From NCBI GenBank assembly GCA_963813025.1, contig CAWEXO010000011.1, positions 640,001 to 704,000 of the forward strand: DNA of 64,000 nt, in the 5' to 3' direction. The notes under the pieces were generated by a model. It had not been told where the DNA came from. It saw nothing but the letters and a program-made list of their open reading frames with translations, and made no database searches. Position numbers and translations under genes: made by a program. This stretch comes from an uncultured Verrucomicrobiae bacterium (lineage in GTDB: Bacteria; Verrucomicrobiota; Verrucomicrobiia; Chthoniobacterales; JAFAMB01). Positions 17,768-27,690 of this stretch are shown here, piece by piece. The stretch's first letter is position 1; every line of letters begins with the position of its first letter.

Positions 17768-19900
17768 ATGAAAGGTAACGATCGGTCAGTTCAGCTCACT
17801 GGTCTGCCAGCCACAAAGGAGCTGGGCGAAGCGTTCGCCGCGAAGGTGCGTCAACGCCGCTGGGCGGTCGGTTTGGTGAGCCTGGGCATCGCGCTCATCG
17901 GCGTCTGGCTGATGTGCGACATGCTTGCGGCTGGGGGCTGGACAATGTTGAAGGCGACCAACGCGGCCGTTTTTTGCCTTCTGTTCTCAGCGTTGGCTTT
18001 TGGATTTACTCAAGCATTCCTCGGTTTTCTCGTGCTCGCCGAAGGCCAGGAACCGCTCAAAATCACGAATACGTTGGACCAAACTGCGCCTCTGGCCTCG
18101 ACCGCAATCGTGATGCCGGTTTTCAACGAACATCCCCAGACAGTTTTTGGAAACATTCGAGTTCTTTTTGAATCCCTTGCGCAACGGGCGGAGCTGGAAC
18201 ACTTCAATTTTTATATTCTGAGCGATTCCACGGATCCTGCGTGTGTAGTGGAAGAAGAACTCGCCTGGGCGGATCTTTGCCGCCAGACAGACGGTTTTGG
18301 CCGGATTCATTACCGCCGAAGAAAGCTCCCGGTGAACCGAAAAAGCGGTAATATTGCGGATTTCTGCCGGCGTTGGGGCCACCGCCATCGCTATATGGTG
18401 GTGCTGGATGCCGATAGCATCATGACTGGCGAAGCGGTGTCTTCACTCGTTCGCCTGATGGAGGTGAACCCGCGAGCTGGGATCATTCAAACGATGCCTC
18501 GCCTCGCCGGAGCCGAAACAGTATTTGGGAGAATTCAGCAGTTTGCCTCCCGCCTCTATAGTCCGATTTTTGCAGCCGGTCTCAATTTTTGGCAGCAAGG
18601 TGCAGGAAACTATTGGGGACACAATGCGATCATCCGGGTGAATCCGTTCCTCTCCAGTTGCGCGCTGCCGGAATTGCCAGGCAAGGAACCGCTGGGAGGT
18701 CGTATCCTGAGTCACGATTTTGTGGAAGCGGCGCTAATGCGTGATGCCGGCTGGGAGGTGTGGTTTGCTTATGACCTGGAAGGCAGTTTCGAGGGGTTGC
18801 CGCCCAACTTAACTGAATACGTCAAACGCGACCGCCGCTGGTGCCAGGGCAACCTGCAACACATGTGGTTCCTGTTGGCCGACCGGATCAAATTCGTCAG
18901 CCGCCTGCATTTGGTTCAAGGTATTCTTGCTTACGCCTCGGCTCCGTTGCTGGTCTTATTCGTCCTTTTGGGAGCTATCCAATCGGCGCTGGAACATTTT
19001 CACCATAAGCCCGCCGAGTTTCCCTCGGCGTCGGCCGGCGTCCTCTTTGCGTTGACATGTGGGCTTCTTTTCGGGCCGAAAATCTTGAGCGTGCTCCATC
19101 TTTTTGCACGACGGAAGGAAGTTGAGGCATTTGGGGGTCCGCTTCGGATCGTCGCTGGAATGATCGCGGAGACGGTGTTTTCCATTGTGGTGGCTCCAGT
19201 GATGCTGTGGTTTCATACCCGGTTTGTCTTACGCAATCTGGCTGGTCAAACCGTTTCCTGGCATGCCCAGATTCGGAACGGCAGTAAGGGTCCGCGGTGG
19301 ACCGATGTCTTTGCTGAATATTGGTTACTTCCGGTTGCCGGTTCTTTTTTTGGATTTTTGGCGTACCTGATCTCGCCAAGCTACTTCCTCTGGGTCTTAC
19401 CGTTGCTGGTTGGCCTCTGGCTGGCGGTTCCAGTGGCTCAGTTGAGCGGCCGGATGAATCGTTTCCGCAACCTTTTCATCACACCCGAGGAGTCTGCGCC
19501 AGCCAAGGAGCTAACGAGCCGTTTCGAATTTCAATTGCGGGACGGTGACCAGTTTATCCATGCTGTGCTCGATCCTTTTTATAATGCGGTCCATGTGTCG
19601 CTGCAGCGGGAGAAAATGAGAAACTCGCCAGCCGCCTCGGGCTATCGAGCCGCGCTGGCCGATCGCTTGTTCGCGGAAGGACCCGATGCTCTGTCCAATC
19701 GTGAAAAACGAGCATTGCTGTCCGATGGTTCGATGATGGCGTATCTCCACGGTTTGATCTGGAAAACGCCGGCCGAGCTTCTCCATCCCGCCTGGGTAGC
19801 CGGCCTTCGGGAGTACCGAGGGAACAGCGAGACGGGAACGCTTCAAGGCCTTTCGACGCAACCGGCCTTTTCGAGCGTCAAGCAGGCGGTGGCTGCCTGA
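17768..19900 (+). CDS. opgH: Glucans biosynthesis glucosyltransferase H (GT2)
   Basis: AIVMPVFNE, ILSDS, RKSGNIADFC, VLDADS, YWGHNAIIR, LSHDFVEAALM, RDRRWCQGNLQH. Confidence 0.95.
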   Translation: MKGNDRSVQLTGLPATKELGEAFAAKVRQRRWAVGLVSLGIALIGVWLMCDMLAAGGWTMLKATNAAVFCLLFSALAFGFTQAFLGFLVLAEGQEPLKITNTLDQTAPLASTAIVMPVFNEHPQTVFGNIRVLFESLAQRAELEHFNFYILSDSTDPACVVEEELAWADLCRQTDGFGRIHYRRRKLPVNRKSGNIADFCRRWGHRHRYMVVLDADSIMTGEAVSSLVRLMEVNPRAGIIQTMPRLAGAETVFGRIQQFASRLYSPIFAAGLNFWQQGAGNYWGHNAIIRVNPFLSSCALPELPGKEPLGGRILSHDFVEAALMRDAGWEVWFAYDLEGSFEGLPPNLTEYVKRDRRWCQGNLQHMWFLLADRIKFVSRLHLVQGILAYASAPLLVLFVLLGAIQSALEHFHHKPAEFPSASAGVLFALTCGLLFGPKILSVLHLFARRKEVEAFGGPLRIVAGMIAETVFSIVVAPVMLWFHTRFVLRNLAGQTVSWHAQIRNGSKGPRWTDVFAEYWLLPVAGSFFGFLAYLISPSYFLWVLPLLVGLWLAVPVAQLSGRMNRFRNLFITPEESAPAKELTSRFEFQLRDGDQFIHAVLDPFYNAVHVSLQREKMRNSPAASGYRAALADRLFAEGPDALSNREKRALLSDGSMMAYLHGLIWKTPAELLHPAWVAGLREYRGNSETGTLQGLSTQPAFSSVKQAVAA

Positions 19901-19950
19901 AGGCAGCGACTCGACAAGACTCGCCGAAGCGTCTCTTTTTAGGGACGCGC

Positions 19951-21585
19951 ATGAAACGTGTTTTGCTAGCGGGACTGGCTGGTTTGCTTATCGCGGCTGC
20001 CGCAGCGGTCCTTTTCTGGCAATCCCGGCAAATACCTGTTCCGGGAACCCGGCTTGCTCCGGGCGACTCAGTTCTCTTCTTTGAGATCCCGGATGTGGAA
20101 ACCAGCCGGAAACGTTGGGATGGCACCGCACTGGCCCAGCTTTTGAAAGAGCCTTCCGTCGAGAAGTTTTTGTCACGTCCGTTGAATCGGGTTTTGCGAG
20201 ATTATCGCGGTACTCGTCAAGCCCTTGACCGGCTTCGCCCGAATTCCCTTTTTATTTGCGACACCGGCGGAAATGACAAAAGCTGGATGCTCGGGTTGCA
20301 ATGCCTTTCCGATCTCAAGGAATGGCGTCGGAATGTTGAAGCGGTCATTGAAAACACTTATGGATGCCGTCTTCGCGAACTCTCGGCGGGGGATCAGAGC
20401 ATCCCGGGGCCAGCGGACCCTTCGCCGATTGTCTATGCGCATCGAATCGGAAACTGGTTACTCTTCGGGCGGGATCCGGATATGATCAGAGAGGCGGCCA
20501 AACGATTTTCCCGGAAGCGGGCGGGACTCGAAGAATCCTCTCTCTTTCAGCAATGCTCCGTGCGCTTGCCCGAAAAAAAGGACTTTCTCACTTTTTTTCG
20601 GGGCGCCGCCTTATCTCCGGATCGTCTGCCGTGGAGAATTCCCAGAGATGTCGAAAACGTGCTCGCGGTGATGGGGGCGACGACCATCGACGGGGCTCGC
20701 CTCCGCGATACGGTCTTTACCCTGGAAAAAAGGCCCGGTACTCGCCCTCCCTTGAAAAGTGACACGTACTCCGTAGCCGGCGCAGACGCCTTGTTTCTCG
20801 GCGCTTTTCAGCTCGATCTGCTTCATCTGCGGGATTTGGCAACAGAGCTCTCGGACAGGTTTGCAATTGCCGAGACCGCGAAGGGCTATTTTGATAAGAT
20901 CAAGGCAGCGGGCATCGATCTTTCCGAACTAAGTGGTCTGGTTCCGGAGGTGGAGTTCGTTCTCGATCGAGACCCAAACAAGGACACCCTTTCGTTGCTC
21001 TTCACCGCTGTGGTACGTGATTCTCCGAGGTTTGCTTCTCTCGCTGAGCGGCTTCTGGCGTCGGAGTTTCCCGGGCAGTATTCGCGCCGGGAGGTTGGCG
21101 GTATTTCGGCCTACATTTTGCGCATCAACGACAGTACTTCGCTCGTGTTCGGTATCTTTGCCGACCGCCTGTACGTCGCGACGGACGAACAACATCTCGC
21201 CGAAACGCTTCGGCGCGCACGAGGTCAGGGGGCGCTACTGACGAGCAACAACGACTTTCAGGCAACGCGGCAGCTGGTTTCGCCGGCGACCGATGTTTTT
21301 ATCTACGCCAATGGCCAGGATTTGTTCGATCGGGTCTATCCCGTTGCTCGTCCGATGTTCATGCTCAGCTGCGTGCTCGTTCCGAATCTCAATGAATACG
21401 TCGATGCAAACGCTTTGCCAGACTCCGCGGAAGTGAGCCGGCATCTCAGTCCAATTGTTTTTTCGCGGCACCGCGTTTCGAATGGGGTGGTGGACGAATC
21501 TGTCGGACCGATCACCGGCTATCAAGCATCGATCGTTGGTCTTAGCGTCAGTTATGCCGTCGGCCTGTTTAACCCGGAGAGCTAG
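19951..21585 (+). CDS. Membrane-anchored/exported hypothetical protein (DUF3352-like architecture)
   Basis: 544-aa ORF with an N-terminal hydrophobic helix; no catalytic motif recognised. Confidence 0.65.
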   Translation: MKRVLLAGLAGLLIAAAAAVLFWQSRQIPVPGTRLAPGDSVLFFEIPDVETSRKRWDGTALAQLLKEPSVEKFLSRPLNRVLRDYRGTRQALDRLRPNSLFICDTGGNDKSWMLGLQCLSDLKEWRRNVEAVIENTYGCRLRELSAGDQSIPGPADPSPIVYAHRIGNWLLFGRDPDMIREAAKRFSRKRAGLEESSLFQQCSVRLPEKKDFLTFFRGAALSPDRLPWRIPRDVENVLAVMGATTIDGARLRDTVFTLEKRPGTRPPLKSDTYSVAGADALFLGAFQLDLLHLRDLATELSDRFAIAETAKGYFDKIKAAGIDLSELSGLVPEVEFVLDRDPNKDTLSLLFTAVVRDSPRFASLAERLLASEFPGQYSRREVGGISAYILRINDSTSLVFGIFADRLYVATDEQHLAETLRRARGQGALLTSNNDFQATRQLVSPATDVFIYANGQDLFDRVYPVARPMFMLSCVLVPNLNEYVDANALPDSAEVSRHLSPIVFSRHRVSNGVVDESVGPITGYQASIVGLSVSYAVGLFNPES

Positions 21586-21902
21586 TCAGAGCGGCGGGAG
21601 CGGCGGGAGCGGGTTCAGCGGAGGGGAGGGAACTGCGCTGTTGAGCAGTTCGCAGTTGTGAGGATTGCGGTCCCCCCCAAAGACCCGGACCTCTTTTCGA
21701 ACACGGGCCGCCCAGCTTTCCAGTTCCTCAGTTCTCGCGCTACGTCCCTCCACTGAAGCCGCTCCCTCTGCGACATTGAAGAACACGAAGGGATATTAAG
21801 GCCGAAGACCTTGTCTAGTTAGTGGAACCAGAGTACGCAGGGTTGATGCATCCCACCGCTGCTCAATGCAGGCCGGCACCGAGACGTTGATTGCCGTGAC
21901 AG

Positions 21903-22790
21903 CTATAGCACTCTACGTTTTTTGAGCATCAGCACAAACGCTCGCGAGGCCGAGCTTCGGACTTTGTTGCGTTTCTGCAGAATTCCGATCGGCCGCCACA
22001 TGTCAACCGACTCAATCTCAATTGGCACTAAAGTTCCTAGCTTATGCTCCTTTTCAATCGTTGTCAGTGGAACGATCGAAACGCCATGCTCGATCTCCAC
22101 GGCCCGCTTTACCGTCTCGATGTTGTCGAATTCCATCGTCCGGCGAATCGCGACGTGATTGATCCGGAAAATCCGGTCGATCGCCTTCCGGGTCGGCTGA
22201 TCGAACGCAAATGAGATAAACGGTTGACCTTCCAGAGCGCTGATGGAAGCGCTTCTTCGACTGGCGAGAGGATGGCTGGGCGGGCAGATCAAGACTAACT
22301 TATCTTTCCAGTAACTCTCGACTGCGATACCGCGTCGCCGGGTAGGAAAGGCGACCAGGCCGAGGTCCGCGGAACCATCGCTGACTTTTTGATAAACCTG
22401 CGACGCCCGTAAATACTCAACCGTCACCTCAACGGCGGGGAACTCTCGCCGGAACAGCTTCAGGTTTCGCGGTAGTTCATGGAGCCCGATACTGAAGACA
22501 GTCGCGATTTTCAGAGTGCCGGCTACCGTGTGCTGCAACTGCTGCAGCTTTTCTCCAAGGCTATCATAAGCTTGCAGAATCTCCTTACTGGCTTGAAGAA
22601 AGGCCCGGCCCTCGCTTGTGACGGAAAAGTTCTTCTTGCCTCGCTCGATCAAAGCCACTTCGAATTTCCGCTCAAGAGCACGGATCTGCTGACTAACGGC
22701 GCTCTGGGTAATAGAGTTTAATTCTGCAGTTTTGGAGAAGCTGGCCGTTTCCACGAGGTCGCAAAATATTTTGAAATTCTCGATCTGCAT
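21903..22790 (-). CDS. LysR-family transcriptional regulator
   Basis: FSKTAELNSITQSAVSQQIRALE HTH; DLGLV; FDNIETVKRAVE. Confidence 0.95.
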   Translation of the reverse strand: MQIENFKIFCDLVETASFSKTAELNSITQSAVSQQIRALERKFEVALIERGKKNFSVTSEGRAFLQASKEILQAYDSLGEKLQQLQHTVAGTLKIATVFSIGLHELPRNLKLFRREFPAVEVTVEYLRASQVYQKVSDGSADLGLVAFPTRRRGIAVESYWKDKLVLICPPSHPLASRRSASISALEGQPFISFAFDQPTRKAIDRIFRINHVAIRRTMEFDNIETVKRAVEIEHGVSIVPLTTIEKEHKLGTLVPIEIESVDMWRPIGILQKRNKVRSSASRAFVLMLKKRRVL

Positions 22791-22879
22791 CTAACAGGGA
22801 CACGCCTCAGGGCCCACGAGTTATCGCATATCTAACTTGATCCCAAAAGAGCGAGCAACGCGGAAAACTGGGCCGTGTG

Positions 22880-23258
22880 CCGGTAAGGGCAAAAATTTTC
22901 ATTCGAGCCGGACGATGGAGTTGTCATAGCCAAGACGGCTCAAACAAGTTCTCGCTGACGCTCGAATGAATTTTCGCCCTACCGAAGCAGGTCAAGACCA
23001 TGGTGCGAGACAATCTCTTTATCTGGGCCGCTTTCGGAGTGGCATCAAGGAGGAGGAGCGGTAGGGATGAGCTTCCGACTGCGGACAAGCCTTCGTCGCG
23101 GCACGGATATGGAACGGCACAAAACGCCTGACCGGAGGGCCCGCCGTAGCCTCGCGGAGACGGTCTGCTCGTCCAAGTCGAGAGGTGGCCCGCGCTGCCG
23201 AATAAGCGGGAGCTTGCCCCTGCCAACGTGCGGTTGCGAGACAGTCTCTTTATCCGAG
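22880..23258. repeat. REP-like composite cluster (palindromic unit 22880-22984 plus TTG(T/C)GAGAC modules and a GGTAGGG doublet)
   Basis: Same modules as 1-83 and 12050-12306. Confidence 0.85.
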
Positions 23259-23341
23259 ATGCGCGGTCGGTCGGGCAAGAGCAAAGGCTGACGCGTCCGG
23301 GACTGGCGCTTCCCAGGACGTTACCGTTAAACTGACACATC

Positions 23342-24046
23342 ATGGAAACTGTGATCGCCAATAATTTGGAGCGGGTACGGTTAAAAGTTAGTGAGGCGGC
23401 GGAGGCGTCTGGACGGCCGGCTGATTCTGTGGCGATTATCGCAGTGAGCAAAACGCATCCAATCGAAACTATCGCGGAGGCGGTTAATGCTGGGCAACTC
23501 CTGTTCGGCGAAAATAAAGTTCAGGAAGGCCGCGCCAAGATCGCGCTATTACCGGGAAAGCTGCATTGGCATCTCATCGGCCACCTGCAAAGCAACAAGG
23601 TGCGCCTGGCTCTATCTCTTTTTGAAGTGCTTCACGGCATCGATTCGGTTGATCTTCTGCAAGATGTTGCGCGCATCGGCGCTGAGCTCGGGACGTATCC
23701 GAAAGTGCTCCTGCAGGTAAATGTAGCCGGGGAATCGTCCAAGTTCGGCTTCACACCTGAGGCGCTTGTTCGCCAGATTGAGGTGGTCGCCGCAACCGAT
23801 CGCGTACAGATCGATGGGCTGATGACCATTCCGCCGTTGAGCCCGCTGCCTGAGCAGGTCCGGCCCTATTTCCGGCAGCTTCGTGAGCTGCGTGATCGGA
23901 TCCAGGATGAGTTCCGCCTGCCTTTGCCCCATCTCTCAATGGGAATGAGCAACGACTACCATGTCGCGATTGAAGAGGGCGCCACCATGGTGCGGATCGG
24001 AACGGCAATCTTTGGCGCCCGCCGAGCAAAGCGACGGGATGATTGA
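23342..24046 (+). CDS. yggS: PLP homeostasis protein YggS
   Basis: AVSKTHP, FGENKVQE, WHLIGHLQSNK, GLMTIPP, LSMGMSNDY, VRIGTAIFG. Confidence 0.95.
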   Translation: METVIANNLERVRLKVSEAAEASGRPADSVAIIAVSKTHPIETIAEAVNAGQLLFGENKVQEGRAKIALLPGKLHWHLIGHLQSNKVRLALSLFEVLHGIDSVDLLQDVARIGAELGTYPKVLLQVNVAGESSKFGFTPEALVRQIEVVAATDRVQIDGLMTIPPLSPLPEQVRPYFRQLRELRDRIQDEFRLPLPHLSMGMSNDYHVAIEEGATMVRIGTAIFGARRAKRRDD

Positions 24047-24063
24047 GCTCGGGACCCAAAACC

Positions 24064-25161
24064 TCACCGGGAAAGCGCCTCCGCTGAAGCCGACTGTTCC
24101 GGCCGCCGAAGGCCGAGAACCTGTAACGTGAGATGTTCGAGCGGAAGGGGACAATACTGAAAACCCTGGATCAATGCATCGCCGAGAAGCCGGTGAAGCA
24201 TGGCGTGCTTTGCGAGTTGGTTGACCCAGAGCCGGCCGCGATAGACGCGCGCCAATCCTCGACGAAAGCAAGTATCTGCGAGCGAACCTCCTGAGTGTTC
24301 TTCGACGATTGCGCCGGCGGCGAGCCGGCCGGTGTTGAGAGCGTAAAAAATGCCTTCCCCAGTGAACGGTTCGACAACGTGTCCGGCATCTCCGACATAG
24401 AAAAGTCGAGGCATCCTCGAACGAATCGGCGCGCGCGAGAGGGGGGCTACCGAAAGCCAGGCGTGGTCTTTCGCCAGGTTGAAATTGTGTTGAGCCCAAC
24501 TTCGGGCTTCCGCGACCTTCGCAGGCCGACAGACCAGACAGAGATTCATCGTTTCCTCAGAGACCATGGCTCGTCCCAAATAACCGAACGAATGAAGCTC
24601 AAGACCGATCTCTGGTTCCGCTTGCCAATTGAAGTGCGTTTGCAGCGCCACGCGATCGCGCCGGCTTCGTGGGGCATGACCAAGCAGGCGCGCAACGCTC
24701 GAGTTTCGTCCGTCTGCGGCGATCAGGTATTTCGCTTGTACGCGGCTCTTCCTGGTCGCGATTTCCCACTGCGGCTGAACCGTGGTCACTGGTTCGCCCG
24801 CCCACAGTTCGGCACCGAGCTCCAGAGCGCGATTCAGGAGCACTTGGTCCAAATCGCTCCGGCGGACGGCGATCTCGCCGCATTCAGCCGCCGGGATATT
24901 AACCCGGCGCACGGAACCATTTGAGCCGGCAAAGTCTACCCAACGCGGCCGCGAATGCGGCAATCTCCGCACCGCTTCGTCTACGGCCAACTCTCGAAAA
25001 ACTTCCCAGCAACCCGGGTTCACGCAGTCACCGCAAACCTTATCGCGAGGGAAATGCGCCCGTTCGATGATCAGCGTAGCGAACCCAGCCTGGGCGACGA
25101 GTGCGGCCGCGGTTGCCCCGGCTGGACCAGCTCCAACGACCACGACATCATAGTGCGTCAT
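24064..25161 (-). CDS. FAD-dependent oxidoreductase (geranylgeranyl reductase-like)
   Basis: VVGAGPAG, FPRDKVCG, IAADGRNS, VGDAGHVVEPFTGEGI; overlaps the hemW stop. Confidence 0.85.
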   Translation of the reverse strand: MTHYDVVVVGAGPAGATAAALVAQAGFATLIIERAHFPRDKVCGDCVNPGCWEVFRELAVDEAVRRLPHSRPRWVDFAGSNGSVRRVNIPAAECGEIAVRRSDLDQVLLNRALELGAELWAGEPVTTVQPQWEIATRKSRVQAKYLIAADGRNSSVARLLGHAPRSRRDRVALQTHFNWQAEPEIGLELHSFGYLGRAMVSEETMNLCLVCRPAKVAEARSWAQHNFNLAKDHAWLSVAPLSRAPIRSRMPRLFYVGDAGHVVEPFTGEGIFYALNTGRLAAGAIVEEHSGGSLADTCFRRGLARVYRGRLWVNQLAKHAMLHRLLGDALIQGFQYCPLPLEHLTLQVLGLRRPEQSASAEALSR

Positions 25162-26303
25162 ACGAAAAGTTCGGCTATAGAGTCCGCAACCATCCGGCCT
25201 TTTGATGTCAGAACGATGCGGTTATCGAGAAATCGCAAATAGCCCTGTTCGTGCAGGCGCTGCAGATCACCTTGCCACTCCGTGACATCCAATCGCAACA
25301 CCCCGCGGTCGGTCCGCAGGCCGAAAGCGAGCTTCTCGGAACGCCGGACTGACGGCGGGAGAGTCTCGCTCGCGAGGATGGCATTACCCGACGCGACGAT
25401 CCGGTCGACGTAAGCTGCCGTGTCCGCCACATTCTGCCATCGGCGAGATCCGACCGTCGACCAGGCGCTCGGTCCGAGGCCGAGATAGTCCTTTCCTTGC
25501 CAATAGGCGAGGTTGTGCTGGCACTCGCGCCCGGGTCGGGCGTAGTTCGAGATCTCATACTGCGCGTAGCCGGCATCTCCTAAAACGTCCATCGTCTGCG
25601 CAAACAGGTCCGTCTCGATTTGTTCGTTCTTTACCAGCTCGCCGCGATTCAGCTTAAGGAAAAACTCGGTATCCTCCTCGTAAGTAAGACAGTAAGCCGA
25701 AATGTGTTCGGGCGAGAGACTGATGGCCTGGTGCAAGGTGGCTGCCCAGGCCGCAGATGTCTGGCCGGGTATACCAAAAATGAAATCCAGATTGATATTG
25801 GTGAAACCTGCTTGCCTCAGGATCTGGTAGGAACGGACTGCTTGTTCGGCCGAGTGAACCCGTCCCAGCTTGCTTAGCAGTACCGGGTCAAAAGACTGTA
25901 CGCCCATACTGATCCGGTTCACGCCAAGCTTTCGGAGAAGCTGTGCCTTTTCCAGCGAAACGGTGGCCGGATTCATCTCCAGCGTCCATTCCGAAAGGAG
26001 GGAGAGATCGAGTTTATCTCGCATCTGGCCTAACAAAAATTCCAGTTGGCGAACGGTCAGTGCGGAAGGAGTGCCGCCGCCGAAGAAAATGGTCTGGCAA
26101 CGAAGACCGTCCGCACTGCGATAATCCAGCTCGGTCAGGACCGCGTTGAGAAAGCTCTGCGTCTTGTTTCGGTCCGACGCCTCCTTATAGAAACTGCAGT
26201 ACGGGCAGATCTTTGGGCAAAAGGGGATGTGGACGTAGAGATGATGCACGGGAGCGGGGTTCACGGACTTATAGTCGGAGCAAAAATTTAGAAGCTGGCT
26301 CAT
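25158..26303 (-). CDS. hemW: Radical SAM heme chaperone HemW (HemN-like)
   Basis: LYVHIPFCPKICPYCSF (CxxxCxxC), FGGGTPS, YEISNY, HNLAYW. Confidence 0.9.
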   Translation of the reverse strand: MSQLLNFCSDYKSVNPAPVHHLYVHIPFCPKICPYCSFYKEASDRNKTQSFLNAVLTELDYRSADGLRCQTIFFGGGTPSALTVRQLEFLLGQMRDKLDLSLLSEWTLEMNPATVSLEKAQLLRKLGVNRISMGVQSFDPVLLSKLGRVHSAEQAVRSYQILRQAGFTNINLDFIFGIPGQTSAAWAATLHQAISLSPEHISAYCLTYEEDTEFFLKLNRGELVKNEQIETDLFAQTMDVLGDAGYAQYEISNYARPGRECQHNLAYWQGKDYLGLGPSAWSTVGSRRWQNVADTAAYVDRIVASGNAILASETLPPSVRRSEKLAFGLRTDRGVLRLDVTEWQGDLQRLHEQGYLRFLDNRIVLTSKGRMVADSIAELFV

Positions 26304-26375
26304 CGTATTATTTCCGCAAAGCGAAGACGGATAGCGCGACAGTTTAGAGCTGGAGCAGGCCCGCTAACCAGCGAA

Positions 26376-26438
26376 CGGCAGGGCGAAAATTTATTCGAGT
26401 GCCAAGCGAGGACGCGTCAGATGAATTCTCGCCCTACC
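26376..26438. repeat. Internally deleted copy of the GTAGGGCGAAAAT...TTCGCCCTACC palindrome
   Basis: cggcagggcgaaaatttattcgagtgccaagcgag...atgaattctcgccctacc. Confidence 0.75.
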
Positions 26439-26474
26439 AATCCACCTTGAACTCCGATTTAGCTTTGCTTAGGT

Positions 26475-27686
26475 TTGCGAGGATTTTTTCGTGTGCGCAG
26501 AGTCGCCATTATCTCCGTTTGTTCCATCCTGATCTGTAGCCCGTTCTGGCTATTAGCTCAATCCGGGCCTGCGCCCACGCCAAAAATAGACGGGTTGCCG
26601 GAGACAAGCCCTGCTCCGGCGTCGGCTGCCACCCCCGCCATTCCACCCGCTCCGACTTCGGTTTCGCTGCGATCCGTCGTCTATGAAGTGCAGGAAAGGG
26701 AGGCGATCCAGGATTTCAAGGCTTTCAGCCGCCCTGTTCGGCGGATGGTCGATGAACTGGTCACTACTTTGACTGGAGCTTATTCTCCGGCACAGGCGTG
26801 GGCTTTGCTTGTCAAGCCGAACGATGTGGTCGGTCTGAAGGTCTCGGCCAATGGCGCACCTCTCTTCAGTACCCGTCCGGAAGTGGTGCAGGCGATCGTT
26901 TCCGGTCTCGAAGAGGCTGGTGTGCCGCCGCATAACATCGTCGTTTGGGACCGGGACCGCGAGCTCCTGGCAGCGGCAGGTTTTTTCAATAAAGCCGGAG
27001 GGTATCGAGTGGAGTGGAGTGAAAGCAACTATGATCCCCAGGCCGTGCTGACTTCTGCCGTGGCGGGGCGGCTCATCTTTGGCGATTTACTCTTTGTCGG
27101 CAAACGAGCTCCGAACTTCAAAGCGGAAATGGAGGCTGACCCGACGGCCAAGCGGCCGCCGCGGAACCCTGATAACCTCAGCAACCAAAGTTTTATCAGC
27201 AAGGTGCTCACCCGCAGCGTAACCAAGGTTATCAACGTGCCGGTCCTCTCTGATCACATTTTCTGTGGCCTGGCGGGAGCGATGTACAACATGACGGTGC
27301 AGAACGTTGATAACTGGCGGCGATTAGTTGACGAGCAGGAAAGAGGCAATCCGGCGATCCCGGAGATGTATGCCGATCCGCGCATCAGCGGCAAGGTCGT
27401 ATTGACTATTATGGACGGCTTGGTCGCTCTGTATGCGGGAGGACCAAGTGGCGATCCGAACTACGCCGTCCATTTCGGTACGCTTTACGCCAGTAAAGAT
27501 CCGGTCGCGATTGATGCGATCGCTGTGAAACAGCTGGATCACTGGCGCTTACAGGCTAAGCTCGAGCCTGCCTCCAAGGACGCCAAGTATGTCGAGACTG
27601 GCTTCGATTACCAAATCGGAAACGCTGATCTCGGCAAGATCGAGCTCCGGCAGCTGCCATTGCAGTTAAGAACCGACGAACGATGA
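26475..27686 (+). CDS. Exported DUF362-like protein
   Basis: Signal peptide and Pro-rich linker; VKPNDVVGLKV, NIVVWDR, INVPVLSDH, SKDPVAIDA. Confidence 0.75.
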   Translation: MRGFFRVRRVAIISVCSILICSPFWLLAQSGPAPTPKIDGLPETSPAPASAATPAIPPAPTSVSLRSVVYEVQEREAIQDFKAFSRPVRRMVDELVTTLTGAYSPAQAWALLVKPNDVVGLKVSANGAPLFSTRPEVVQAIVSGLEEAGVPPHNIVVWDRDRELLAAAGFFNKAGGYRVEWSESNYDPQAVLTSAVAGRLIFGDLLFVGKRAPNFKAEMEADPTAKRPPRNPDNLSNQSFISKVLTRSVTKVINVPVLSDHIFCGLAGAMYNMTVQNVDNWRRLVDEQERGNPAIPEMYADPRISGKVVLTIMDGLVALYAGGPSGDPNYAVHFGTLYASKDPVAIDAIAVKQLDHWRLQAKLEPASKDAKYVETGFDYQIGNADLGKIELRQLPLQLRTDER

Positions 27687-27690
27687 ACCG

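Noticed and set aside
12050..23258. CRISPR array suggested by conserved modules with variable linkers
   Set aside because: Copies are dispersed, degenerate and in both orientations; linkers are short and uneven; no cas genes in the window
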